This document shows, piece after piece, positions 1 through 12,837 of a DNA stretch of 64,000 nucleotides. Source of the stretch: Blasia pusilla (lineage: Eukaryota). How positions within the stretch are numbered: position 1 is the first letter of the stretch; every line of letters begins with the position of its first letter. The position numbers and the translations under genes are program-made. The stretch lies in the NCBI GenBank assembly GCA_050084515.1, contig CM114271.1:26536001-26600000 (forward strand), in the 5' to 3' direction. The notes under the pieces are model-generated. The model was given only the letters and a program-made list of their open reading frames with translations. It was not told the origin of the DNA and ran no database searches.

Positions 1-754
1 CGTCAATATATATGCAAAAAGTTTGGGGAATAAGTAGATTGACTATGTGGATTATATCTATGAATAAAAATTGTAGAATGGAATGACTAATTTCATTTTT
101 TCCTCAAAAAAAAAGGTTGCGAGTACTTTAAGGAGTTTCACACTCATATTGTGCCAAACATGAAGGGTTTCACTAGAGTCTTGAGTTTATGAGGCTCAAG
201 GATGATGCGAGGGATGATGATATTTGAGGGATTGGTCTCTTATGTGTTCGGTGACACGTTATTATGCCATGTGTGTAGTGGTTTCACTTGAGTCTAGAGG
301 CTCAAGGAAGGGTGGTATTTGAGGGATCTACCTAGGCCTCTTGTGAGAAACCATTCCTTATTGAACATACATATGCTCACTTATTAGAGGAGTAAGCGTA
401 GAATTAGTTGAGATCTAGAGAGAGTTGATATAGTACTTTAGGTAGACAATGATGTGATATTCAAATGGTAATATGTGCACATATGTTACAATGGAGCTTA
501 AAGGGGGGGAGGGGATGAAACCCTTGAGGAGGATTACTTAGCAACCCATCTTTTAGATATGGGTGTCGGAGTGTGGCATCATTGATTTATTATAGTTAAA
601 CTATATTGGCGATTTAAACTTGGATTTTCTTGTGTTAAGAGAAGACTAGGAATGATATCAAGATCACAAATATTTTATAATTGGAATGTGTTGGACTTCA
701 TCTCTCTTTGCTTTAAGCTCAATGAGTTTGTTTAAAGTATCCCACTCTCATTGG

Positions 755-1052
755 GAGTGAATTTTGTGCTAGCACATTCGAAGGCAATACTTGAGGAACT
801 ACCCTTCATAGAATTTGCAGACCAAGATTCAGATCAAATTTAGCTCTAGAGAAAATTTAGAAATCAAGATCAGAAGGATTTTGTATTTGGAGTGTTTTGA
901 CTTGACTTGACATTGCTATAAGCTCCTAGTGTATGTTTAATGTGTTTTAGTCACATTGAGAGTGAATTTTGTGCTAGTACATTGAAAAGAAGTATCCTTC
1001 ATAGTATTTGTAGACCAAGATTGAGATCAAGTTTAGCTCTAGAGGAAATTTA
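755..1052. repeat. Diverged ~100 bp direct repeat (755-860 and 959-1052) in AT-rich, probably TE-derived DNA
   Basis: gagtgaattttgtgctag...ccttcatag...agaccaagatt.agatcaa.tttagctctagag occurs twice. Confidence 0.7.
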
Positions 1053-1849
1053 TATCTAAAGAGCATGTTGATTGAATGTGTTTAATCATTTGTGTATGGG
1101 TGTTGTAAGATATGTGTTAATAACAACCGATGTATGTCGGTTGGCGATGTGTATTTGCATAACACATATAAGGAAATGCAACAAAACGATGAAAAGAGAA
1201 GATTTTGAATATCATTGTGAAATGATACATCTTGGACTTATGTTGGAGAGTATTTGGGAAAATACAACAAGTGTGATGTAACTTACTCAAATAATGAAGG
1301 AGGCATTGGAACTACAACATATAAATTCCATAGTAAGTTTGGAAGTATGACACATGAGTTCAATCTTAAAGTAAATGAGTAAATCCATTTAAAGAATGAT
1401 TTGGAAATGGAACATCAATCTAAATTTTACGGCCCGTACATGTTCTCGTCATTTTTTTTCCTCACCATGTGGGCTATCCATGCGTCCTCCATACGTGTTT
1501 ATTAATTTCTGTCTCCCCCCACCTCTCTGAAAGGGCTCCACACTAGTTAAAATTAGAATTGAAAAGAGTAATTTGATGTCATGCATGGCAACTCCTATTG
1601 CAAGAAAATTGCCTCCTCCCCCACACAAGCTATTGGACATGCTCTAGTAGGACGATTCAAAGCTATCTTACAACTACTATAGAAACTCAAATTACCACAA
1701 TTTACCATATAAGTGAATGGGATATCGAGTGAGATAGGTACCCTTTGGCGTTACGACGATTTCCCAAAAAGAGGATGTAGTTTAAATTTTTCTTAAGAAA
1801 TAGAACCAAAAAGGGTCTCCTCCATGACTCCTATGGGGATGGAAGCTGC

Positions 1850-3170
1850 CCCATACGGGGGCAGCTTTGAACCGCCCTAACAGGGCTGTAGTTGAAAGGT
1901 GGTAGTCGGCAACGGTACCGAAAGGAAAAGACGACGGACGAAGATAACGGGGATGGTAACTGGAATGAACCCTCCCGGGGACGTTTGTCCGCGTGGATGG
2001 ATGGAGCGAGAAATGTGGAGTGCGAGCCGATGATTACTAGAGGAAAGGACGGACGGACTGGAACGGAGGGGAAGGAGGGGAGGGGACGTTAGAACCACCA
2101 CCTTCAGAATAGGTCGCGTGGGTAACTGCCGCGCACGGCGTTAGCGACGCCAACCGCTTTTCGGAGCTCATAGGTCCCTACAGCGCCTCTACAGAACGCA
2201 CGCTGATCCATGCGCGCCTCCTCGCTGCCCTCCCGTCCGTCCGTCCGTCCGTCCGTCCCTCACCGCCCGCCCGCTCGCCCGCCCGTTCCTGCCAAAGACC
2301 CCTTGCTTTTCAGCTCCCCGCTGCCAGGGACGAACCGGTGCCGCCTTAGTTCCCGCCGTGAGCGCCCTTGCGTTTGCTTCTTCTCACTCAGCTGCCCGCC
2401 CCCTACGTCCGCAAAGCACGGCCCCGAGCTCCAGTGCCTTGTAGCCGAGGGAGACAGACACATCGCGCTGTGGGGCGCGCAACAATTTCCGACGGTCGAC
2501 TCGGGGAGAGCTTTGCGTGTGGAATTGAATCGGAGAGCCGTGAGCGCGTGACTCTGAGAGGAGGCATTGTGTTCGGACGCTGAGCGATGAAGCTACTAAA
2601 TTGGTCGAATTAAACGCTTTTCCAGGGAATTCGCGATGCGGATTCTGTGTCCCGCTCGACGATCCACACTGCTGGGTGTCAATTCCTCAATGGCGGCCAG
2701 TCTCGCGAGGCTCGAAGCGAGTGAGTGATGCGCTTGCACTTCCGACGCGCGATCGCCCGTGTTTGACTGATCGGTCTCCTCCTCCGTTCGAGCGCGCTGG
2801 ATGACGAGTGCTTCTGCGCTTCCACGCGATCTAAGGCGGATTTTCTCGTCCCAAAGATTGTTAATTTCGGGAGCCACTAGTCGGAGGATAGTCAACGAAT
2901 GACGAACGATTTCTCTCGAGTTCCCGTTTCCCACCTCTACTCATCATCACTTCGTTCTCTGGCTCTGCATCCTCCGCCGGTCTTCTTCCAATTTCTGCTC
3001 GTGCTCCTCCTCCTCGTGCTGCATTAGAAGGTGCGTCTGCGAGGTGGTGCTGCTGGCCGGGCTCCGCAGATCAATTGCCCATGGGCTCCGCCGATCACGG
3101 GCGTAGGGAGCGATAGAATCGCATGCGTCGAGACTCGGGGGCCGCATTGCACTCGAATCCCAAGTCGTCG
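1850..3170 (+). promoter_or_regulatory. GC/CpG-rich promoter and 5' UTR region of the RWP-RK gene, with a (CCGT)n tract at ~2232-2257
   Basis: Sharp shift from AT-rich, CpG-depleted repeat DNA to CpG-rich sequence directly upstream of the predicted ATG. Confidence 0.45.
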
Positions 3171-6100
3171 ATGAGGATTGCGGAGTTCCGAGCATTGTCA
3201 TTAGCAGAATTCACACTGGCAGTTCCATGGCGGGGAGAGGGTTTGTGCCCGGAAGTTCACCTCCCCAGGAGAAGGTCAAGTTCACAGTGTCTGTGCGTGG
3301 CTATCAATGGAGTTCTGCGCGACATGTCAATGAAACTCTCCAGGAATTCGCCAGGGTTATTCAGGTACGTACGCGGTGCTGAGTATCTGTTTCTGGACGA
3401 AAACTTTTGATTTCAGTAAGAGCGATCATTGCTTCTCGAATTCGTCCCCATCCATGCTTGAGCGGGTATAGACCGACTGCGGAAGAGAAATTTCCGATGA
3501 ATCTGCATGCCAGATCCAAGTTTCCTCCACCGTCCAGGCCATGGTTTTTAGAACGTCAGCTAGATTCCGAATGTCCCGAATGTAGCCGAGAGATCTGGAG
3601 AGAACGCATCCCTGAACATCACATTGCCAGCGTCTCGCAAACAAGTGATCGGTTTCACGTTCGCTTTGAATTTCATGTTGAGAGAGTCGATGCATATGCC
3701 GACGTTCGTGGCGATTCTGAGGCTTACTTCCTTCCTCGTTGGTTTGTCAGAGAAATGCCCGACGGCTGTCTTTCATCGGCGAAAACGATAGCATCGTGCG
3801 CCTCCAGCTAGCTAAGGCCGACGGATCCGAACCCGAGGCATTGGACGTCGATGCAACCCTCGAAGATGTCATTATATGCATGGGCAGCAAGCACTTGGTG
3901 GCAATCGTAACTCCCACCAAGTCCGCGGAGCCCGGCAATGGGCGTCCCGAGGCCGAGAAACTGGGGCCTACTTCTCCGATGGCCGTTTCTAGCCAGCAGA
4001 AATTGAAGCCCAGGAAGGACGGAGCGAATGGCTACGCTCTGTCAGCACCTTCTGCAGCTGCCCAGGAGGAGAGCGATTCAGCTGCAGTCGGTCTCAATCC
4101 GAAGGTTGCACCTTTCAAGGCGAACTGCGAACCGCCTGTGAGGGGCCTGAAGATCACGATTCCTTCGTCGGATCCGAGTCCTGCTGTTTTTCATGACGAG
4201 AGAGAATTTTTCGGGGCGGACTTCGGTGGCGATCGCCAAGCAGGTCTACCGCAAGCATTGGCTCCCAGGGCTGCTACTTACAGCGGAGAGGTCCTATGTA
4301 GCAATGGCTTGCCGCGAGCACTCATGAGCTTGATGTCCACACCGAGCCCGGCAGAGCTCGCTCACTTTCTAGTCAGAGGGTCTTCTGTGCAGCCGCACAG
4401 ACCGGTTGGTGGGGGTGCTATGAACAGCGCGATGCATTCGCATTGTCACGGCGGCGCGTCACCGATTGCTGGTTTCCAGACTTTCGCATCGGCTCTTCTC
4501 AGTAGGCTGCCGGTGATGCCATCGAGCAACACCAATTGCGCTTCGACGACGCCCAACATCGCTCTGCTGGTTCAATTTCTGGCTTCACAACTGCGAGCAT
4601 TTATGCCTGTGCATGGCGGAGCACAGTCTCCTCCGAATTCCGCGACTCTCTCTCCTTCCAAAGCTTCCGGCAATGAGCCGGCCCCAAGTGCCATGAAACC
4701 TGCTGAGGCGGGCTGCCATGGAGACAGAGCCCCGGACAAACCTTTCTCGAAGACTTTTCGCCGAGGCCCTGAAGGCGTTTCGCCAAACCCCGCGCCTGAA
4801 AATGTCAAGGCTTCTGGCAGTGAATCTCAAGAGAAAGACGACTCCTCTTCTTCTGCTAATGTCAACACAGCAGCAGCCCCTTCGAGCGATGGCCCCGAAA
4901 GTGAGCACATGCATGGGAAATCAGAGCTTATTTTCCTCGTCAATAGAAGAAGCAAGACGGTGGGCAACAGCAACCTCACACCTCCATATCTTTCACAGCT
5001 TGTTAACTCTTTTACGTCGATCGGTCGTCGTGTTGGGCCCTCGACATGTTGCTTGAGACTGGGTCAATCGCTCGTGCTACAGTCTGAGGCTGGGATTTTG
5101 GTTGGTGTCACCACTCCATGACCGGGAATTTCTGCGGGATTTCTGGGGGGAACCATGCACTGATCGGTGAATCTCCCTGTCACAATTCTGTCTCACTCGT
5201 TGTAGTGCCAGTTTACGATGAGGCTGGGAGAGCGAGGGAGACCTTCGGACTTTCCTCTATCGCCATAACATTTTCCACCTCGACCGATGCCATTCATTAA
5301 AGCTCTCGAGTACAGACATTTTATCTGCGGTGCTGTAGGAATCGGACCTCCAGCGCGCGCGAGGTTTCCTTCCGGCTACGGTGTGCAAACTCACGCACTT
5401 GTGAACACGCGAGCTTCGCACAATTGGACTGTTACAGTAATTGAAATGCATGCTACTGTGTTTTCTTCTCGCCATTCTTTCTTTCTATTGCTACGATGCG
5501 AGGATCGTAACTCCATGAAGGAGTGATCCGGCGTTCCTGCAAGCCCAAGATACATGGGGTTTTGCTGGCTCCAACAGACAGTAGACTGTTCGTTCGTGCT
5601 GACCAAATTTTGGAGTCTAATTAGAATCTGGCCCTGTCTACAGGGCGTGGGAACCCACCATCTGAAGCTATCCGATCTCTCTACCTATTTCCATCTGAGC
5701 GTCGTAGATGCGGCCAAGAAGCTGGGAGTGTCCCAGACCACACTGAAGAAAGCTTGCCGCAAGTTCGGCCTCAAGCGCTGGCCAGGGCGTAAGGTAAGGA
5801 ATACCTGGTTTGATACTCATGCGTGCATATATCGGGAGAGATCTAAACACTACAGTCCAGGCTTCCATAGAGGTAGAAGAAATTCATCGAATTTCATAAG
5901 TTTCCCTGTGTGAACCCTAGTATCGAAGTCCGGGAAGACGTTATCCTCGAGACTCCAGTCTGCTGCTAAGAACCACGACTTGGAGCTGGCGAAGGTCGAT
6001 TGATCACTTCTCTAACCGCTCACGATCCCGGGGGGATGCCTGCCTTCTCAGCTATTCCAGAATCGATTGATCGGACTGTGAGCTCTGCATAAATTCAGAT

Positions 6101-7146
6101 TTGACCTGACCTGTCAGTGCAGGTACGTAGTCTTGAAAGCACCATACATGGGCTAGAGCATACGATAGCGGTTGGACAGGGAGCAGGAATGGAGGAATTG
6201 ACCGAAGCTTACATGAGGTCGGAAGTGTCTAAACTGCAGCAAGAAATGGACCAACTCGTGCATGGTACTCCTGCTCAGGTATTGCATCCACAAACTCTCT
6301 TGAAGTCACCACAGCTTTCTCCTCGTGAATCTCGCAGAGCTCGCTGAACCGGCGACTCGTGTCTCTTCGTCGTGTGAGCTCAAGTTCTTTAAAGGCTTTG
6401 AATTCACGGGACAGTGATCTGCGCTCATTGCGCTCGCAACATGTCCACCACATGCCTGCGGATTCTCACCATCGTCTATCTTCCCAACAGCAGCGTTCTC
6501 CGGTGGCAAGAACGGCGGATTTGTACAAGAGGTTATACTCCAGAGGATGGAGGTCCAAATATCATAGTTCATACGGCCGATTCGATTTGGACCTCAATCT
6601 CGACAGCAGAGACGGTGAACAAATGTTGTCCTTCGCGGGGAGGAAAGAGAGCGAGGAACCCAAACAAGCATCAGCAGTAGCCTCCAAAGTCGAGGATGGA
6701 AGCACAGTTCCGCACGACGCAGAGAAGAATCAGGTCGTCAAGCCGAAATCCTCTTCCTGCAAGGACGATTCCCTGAACCAAACTGCCAATGGTGTCACGG
6801 ACATCGCCAGCAAAGAAGCGGTCCCAACGGCGCCCTCGACTAATTGCACACCCGTCCCTCACGAGGATCTCGCCACTCGCAGCAAATCGCTCAAGACGCT
6901 GTCCCCTCACTCGGAAGGGATCGAATTGGAGAACGGTAAGGAGTTGCCCATCGAAAGATGTCTGAAGAGACCGAAGATGGAGGTTTCGTAGCTCAACTTC
7001 CAGATGTTGTATATTTCAGCAGACGCTCGCAAAGTTCGTTGCGAACGCATATGCTTCATTCACTTCACTTCCGACTCCGAGAAAACGCTGTTCACTATAT
7101 GCCTTTTCAGGATGGTGCGCAACAAGGCCAAAGAGGCGGGCCCTAA
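3171..7146 (+). CDS. RWP-RK domain transcription factor (RKD/MID-like, no PB1 domain seen), predicted ~844 aa. Exon model: 3171-3364, 3514-3658, 3751-4959, 5644-5793, 6123-6278, 6338-6982, 7111-7146
   Basis: Exon 5644-5793 encodes [44 protein letters not shown], followed by a phase-0 intron and then VRSLE, the typical RWP-RK pattern. All proposed introns are GT..AG and phase-compatible, giving 2535 nt without a stop. Exons 1, 2 and 7 are less certain than the core. Confidence 0.85.
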
Positions 7147-7386
7147 CCCATGTGTGAAGGGTATCCGTATTGGTTGTTCAGCTCGATTAAATGGTGCAGA
7201 AATAGCTAAAACTGAATGCAAAAAGTACGGTGAAACATCTTTACATGTTTTTTGCGATCAAATTGATTGTGCGAAAACACAAGCATCTACTCCTCATGGA
7301 ATCTTAGGGGTCAAAGTGTGGGTTTCGTATTAAAAAAGAAGAAGAAGACTATATCCAAAACGTACAAAATTTCGTAAATATCAAAA
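7147..7386 (+). pseudogene. rps3: NUMT: mitochondrial rps3 3' end plus the start of rpl16
   Basis: [56 protein letters not shown] matches the plant mitochondrial Rps3 C-terminus. It is followed by ctatatccaaaacgtacaaaatttcgtaaatatcaa = LYPKRTKFRKYQ (Rpl16 N-terminus), the conserved mitochondrial gene order. The segment is AT-rich relative to the host exons. Confidence 0.9.
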
Positions 7387-9704
7387 CAACGGATCTCTAT
7401 CGCGTTTGGCTTAACTCGAAAGTTAGACGGGCCTTTATTAGAGACGTTTCGTACGAGCACACTCTACGCGGCGCACACATTCACATAATAAGAATATGTT
7501 TTTTCTACTTAAAAGAAATTCCCCCAATACCTAAAAGAGAAGTCTTCCTCACCGTTCGTCCGTGAGAATGGTTCTAGCTATCCCTCCTTATGGTCCATAT
7601 GTTCATGTAGAGCGCATCACAAGAATATCGTGTAAGAGAGGAGCATATGCTTACACGTGTAATATTCTCTATAGAGTAAATATAAAAATTTTATGATCAT
7701 GTAGTATTGGAGAGTTTCTTGTTGATTTTAGGACACTTCTTTGTTTGACATGTGCCAACCGGATAAGTAAGAAAATATTTTCTCCTCCGCAAGAAAGAAG
7801 AAAAATACTTTGTGTCCAACATTATTAGTCCCTTCACTTCCGTGCATGACACGGACTGCCCATCAATCATGTAGAATGTTGACATGTGTCCATCGTGTGA
7901 TAGTAGTTTGGAGTATTCAATATTAGCGCCACATCGGTTAGGGAAGAGCACCCTTTCTTTCTATATGATGGAATTAAGTTTTTAGATGTGATTGAAGTTA
8001 CCGCTAATAATAATAAAAATTTATGGCAAACTCCATGTGATAAGTTTTTATTTGAAGAACTTTTTCCATATTATGTCTTGTTTATTGGATCTAGTATGCG
8101 CTCACAATCATTATGTGGAGTAAATTCCAAGTATCTATTCTTAAAAAAAGTAACTTAAAATTGTCCATAAGAAAAACACTCTCATGAAGAGATACGCTCA
8201 TTTTTCTCGACGTTTGATCTTATATATACTAAGAATCAAGAAAAAAAAAGAAATGATAGAAATGGAAATCTCCTCAAATCAAATGGTGGATAGGATCCTA
8301 AGAAGTCAATGGAATTCTTAGAGTAAAAATTCGTTCTCCAATGTTACTCTCAACCATCATAACATGGATAGATGATGGTGAGACCAACAAATGGTAAAAA
8401 AGTGTTTGAAGACTCAACAAGCTAAATACGAGTCATTCCAATTTCCATCATTGGGAAGTTGGGAACAACCTTGAAACTTAAGTGAATATGCTATCATATA
8501 TGCAATTGTGTTTCTTGTAGTCAAAATAGATATATCTTTTAAGAAGGAGATGTTATTAAACCTAAGTGCATCCACTCTATAAATAATATCAAATGAGGTG
8601 TGTAAGGTGTATACACATCACACACACACAAACATATACTAGCATAACATCTATATTGCATATAATACATACATATAACGTCCATATGTACATCATCATA
8701 CAAGGATGCTACAAAAATGAAATAAAATGGGAAACACTTCTCTCTCTAATTATACAATAACAATTGAGTCAATCCCATCCTCAACTTGAGGGAATCCACA
8801 TGTATAGCATATCGACAACACCTTGCTCTAACTGGTGGTTTTTACATTGCAAACAAAGAGCAACAATATGTTACATTCCTCTTTTATATGTATGAGTTTT
8901 ACCTCCTCCAAGATCTCAATAATCTTTGCAAATAGGATTCCAAAGTTTAATTTCATTTTAAGGTCTTGCTATTTGTCCCAAAATATTCTTTTAGAATACC
9001 AAGTTTTGACAAGGTTATTTTTCTAATTAATAAATTTCTATGGCTTGATTTTTTAAAATATTTTTTTATTTATATTAGATATGGTATAATAGAGATTTTT
9101 TGAGTTATAAATATACGATCATAGAACTTTTATGAAAATATTTCATAGAACTTTAATGAAAGATAATCTCATAAAGAGATTAAGTTTAGGGCATATTTGA
9201 GATATCAAGTTTGAGACAAAGTTGATATTCTTGGTAAAAATTAGAGTTTCCAAAGTTGGATTTTCGTATAAAGGTCTGGTAGGTCATGCAAGAAATAACC
9301 TTGGGATTTTTAGTATTCCACATATATGGGATAATCCTTTGAAAATCTTATGGAAGGTGTGTCATAGTTCAATATTCCTTAAAAAGTCTCATGATCGTAT
9401 AATAAATGACCTTGGGATTTTTTGAGTTATGACTGTGCGATCATATTCAATGCAACTTTTATTGAAGGAAGCTTAATCTAATATGGTCTACAATTAGAAA
9501 TTCCAATGATTAATTTTCATTGAAAGGTCTTATCGTGTCTACAAGAAGTGACCGTGGGAGTTTTGGAATTCTACATATTTAAGAAATTCTTTTGCACTTT
9601 TCCAAACATATTTCTCCGATTTTCTACCTCTAGATTTAATAAAAAATAGAAGTACACAAATATGGTCTTCCATTTGTTCATTAATCTTAGAGATTATCAT
9701 TCAA

Positions 9705-10130
9705 CAAGGTTGCATCTGGAAAAAATCCATGTCCATGGACTTATGTCTATCCCTAGGAAGGACATGTCGTTGCAGGCCCGGATACCCGCGGCTCACACCC
9801 GAGCCCGCCTCCGGAGCCCTCATAGCTTGTAGCACACACTTGGGCTCGCCAAGCATGCATCGATTTTGTGGCCCATGGTTAGGCCCGCGTATGGCGAGCT
9901 CGGGGCCTGCATATGGCAAGCTCCACGCTCGCGCATGGCAAACCCGCCAAATTGGGACCCAACCCGCCATGTGCGAGCCTACGCGGGGTACAAAATTGAT
10001 GTGGGCTTGACGAGCCCGTGTGCCTGTTATGGGCTAGGCGAGCTTTGGGGAGGGGCTTGGATGTGGGCCATGGGTACCCAAGCGGCATGGCCGTGCCATG
10101 GACGGACTTGTCCGTTTCCGTGCAACCTTG
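9705..10130. mobile_element. hAT-type MITE
   Basis: Perfect 10-bp TIR caaggttgca/tgcaaccttg and the family motifs ggactt(a/g)tgtcc. No matching TSD seen. Confidence 0.65.
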
Positions 10131-10169
10131 CTTATATATGTGCTATGGAAGGACTTGTCCATATGGATA

Positions 10170-10809
10170 TGTTGTGCGCATACACATCGCTTCACAACAT
10201 ACATCCCTGTCACCGAACACACACACAAACACGCACGATCCCATGCTAACTCATGGCATCCAAACAACGAGACAAGAAGTACTAAAATATCTCCAATAAA
10301 GTAAGATCCAATCTCTCTCTACACCATCTCACACCATAGCTCTCAAAGGTGTACACTCTCTCTCATGTTAAACCAAACCCACTCTCCTAATGAGAGGCTT
10401 GGGTTACACTCACAAGGCAAAGGACCATAGGTTCCCCGCCTCATGCCAAGAGGTTCAACAAAGAGAGAATGAGCTCTCAAGCTCTCTCTCCTTGAGGTAT
10501 ACCCCTCCCCTCTCCCAAACTCTCTCCATGGTAACCTATTCTCCCAAGTCACCTCCTTGGCTCTTGACCTGATGTAGGAGGTCAAGGGCTACTTACCAAA
10601 AGTAGAAATTTGATCATATACTCAAAATGATACTTATCTAAAATAGTAAGTTCTTCAATATGGCTCCAATGAGTCGAAACGAAGGGGAAACCTACTCTCT
10701 CAGGTTTCCCGGGGCCTCAGCAGGTCATCCTTAACCTACTGAGCTTGTCCTCCACTACTCATGAAGATGCTCTACTAGATCTCACCGATATATCCTTAAA
10801 GACGTGACA
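10170..10809 (-). mobile_element. Solo terminal-repeat unit (A 10170-10296 + B 10297-10809) of the DNMT-Gypsy family
   Basis: Runs TGTTGTG...CGTGACA and is highly similar to 41331-41984 and 52300-52816. It is inserted into a MITE-family sequence; the TSD is ambiguous (gata/gatc). Confidence 0.8.
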
Positions 10810-11144
10810 GATCCCACCTTTCGCTTCTTTCTAATTCCCTCTAGTTGCATTCGTGTTCCATATTTTCCTGTTTCTTCCTCTCTCCATTTCCTCCATCCCC
10901 TTATTGCCCCATTTTCCCTTGCCCTACCATCCATCATAAGCTACAAGTATGAGACCCACCTCTTGCACTTAATCCATGTCTATTTTTATGCAACGATATG
11001 TTACAAGATCTTAAATGTTCAAGTTTAACTTAGGTAGTGCATTAAGAGGGACAAGCCCTCAACCTAAGGGTTTTAACAAATCTTGGCTTAGGTACAAGGT
11101 TGCATATGGATGAAGTCCGTGTCCACAGACATGTCCATGTCCGT

Positions 11145-12146
11145 TGTCGCGCCCCTACTCTCCTTGAACGTCAATCTTTAGTGTTGCGGAAGCGTGCGTT
11201 CAGTAGGTCACGAACTCATCGCCGATGTGCACCCAAACACGCACGCTTGTTAGTCGGGTTTGGCCAACCGGCGTTCCAACCCACCGAGTCCTCAACTCGA
11301 CGTCTCATCAAGCTCAACCTTCCTTAGTTCCTAGCTCCCAACACATGGCAAGTCCTTCAAGACTTGGAACAGACTTCCTGGTTAGTCCAAGGATTTGAAA
11401 CGGCACTTGCACGCCTAGCGATCCCAACTGTTCAACGGTCCTCGTGTGAGTTCCGAACCGAGACCCAAGTAATTGAGTCGCGGCGTGAAATCCAAGAGGG
11501 ATGTCTAAAATCGCCTCAATGGACTTGGTGCAGGTTTTCCAACCCAACGCCCAAATTCGCGTTCCGTTCCATGCCCTTGAGCCGCCCCGCGGCGCCCAAA
11601 GTGGGGTTTGGGTTCCAAGCACTCTCGGAGACCTTCCCCCTTACTAGTACTTCTGGGGTTCTCCAATAACCCCTCCCCTTTGGGAAAAGAGGTTCGGGCC
11701 CTTCATTGTGGCCCTCAACCCGACTCTACTTACAGTCGTTTTTGGGTCGTATCTCGGCCTCTGCTTGTGCGTTTCTAGCGATCTTTGGTGCGTTTCGACC
11801 GGCTCTCCATAAGCTTTCCAACGCATACTTATTTGCTCCAAACGCATCTTGGCGCTAAAAGTTATGGCCATAAATACAGTCGGAAACTCTCAAACGCAAG
11901 TGGCGTTCCAAATCCGGATCTTTCCTTTGGCAACCCACTTCCTAGACTCGACTTCTTTCAAGTCTCATTCCGCGTTTGGTCCAGGTTTCTGAGTCGCGAC
12001 CATCACATCTGAAACGCGACTTCTCGCTCGCGTCTCGTCTCTTGTCTCCTCTTTGAGACAACTCCAACGTGCAAACCATCTTAGCGTGAGCCCGCTAATG
12101 TTTCGATGTTCCGCTTGGCACTTGTTTGGTCATGAGGGTCGTGACA
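11145..12146 (-). repeat. 3' LTR of chromovirus
   Basis: tgtcgcg...cgtgaca, adjacent to the PPT (ctcacccctctttt on +). Confidence 0.95.
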
Positions 12147-12837
12147 CTCACCCCTCTTTTAGAGGTTGATGCCCTCATCAACGTAAACTTTTATTATGTG
12201 AAGTCTCCTGGGCAGCCTACCCCTTGACATTGAATTGCGTTCTGGTGGCTAACCCGCAATTCCTCTTAGTCTCTAGTTGTCGCTTTGCCCCACTTAGAAT
12301 TATTAGCCTCTCATCTTCGATAAGCCTGGACTAGTTCCAAGGAACTAACCTATCAAATAAGCTAACTAAGTGTGCAACCTTAGACTCTTTCGACTCATTA
12401 TTGTAAACATCACACCTGTTTACCTGGTCCACAAATCGTACTACTATTGGGTCGCTCTCGTATTCGACTTAGGCGCGTCACTAAGTTTACTTATGTGGCC
12501 ACAAGTAAGATCACCCCAAGCCCCAAGATAGACTTCATTTGCCCCGCCGACGCTAGGGCGAGCCCGAGTGTAATCCAACACAAGGTCCTGTTCTAGGTGC
12601 TTATCCACATACGAGCTCTCACCTCAAATACTCCTTGTCTGTCCTCTTGTCGTACATTCTAAGTCTATGATGAACGACTCATAGCCATGCACTCCCACAT
12701 ACAAATTGCAATCAACACTGGTATCGAATCTCCAAATCCATACACTCCTTTATTGCAACACTAGCATATTCTAGTTACAACGGCCTTCGGCCCAAGATTC
12801 CACTGATTACAAGTCATGTCTCTAGCTTCTCCTCATA

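Noticed and set aside
6983-7333. In-frame RWP-RK::Rps3 fusion protein
   Set aside because: The phase-0 donor at 6983 joined to the acceptor at 7110 reads [11 protein letters not shown], a different frame from Rps3.
11100-12012. Short ORFs repeated at 11.1-12.0, 17.4-18.3, 10.3, 41.4 and 52.3 kb
   Set aside because: They lie within LTR or terminal-repeat copies; recurrence reflects the repeats, not genes.
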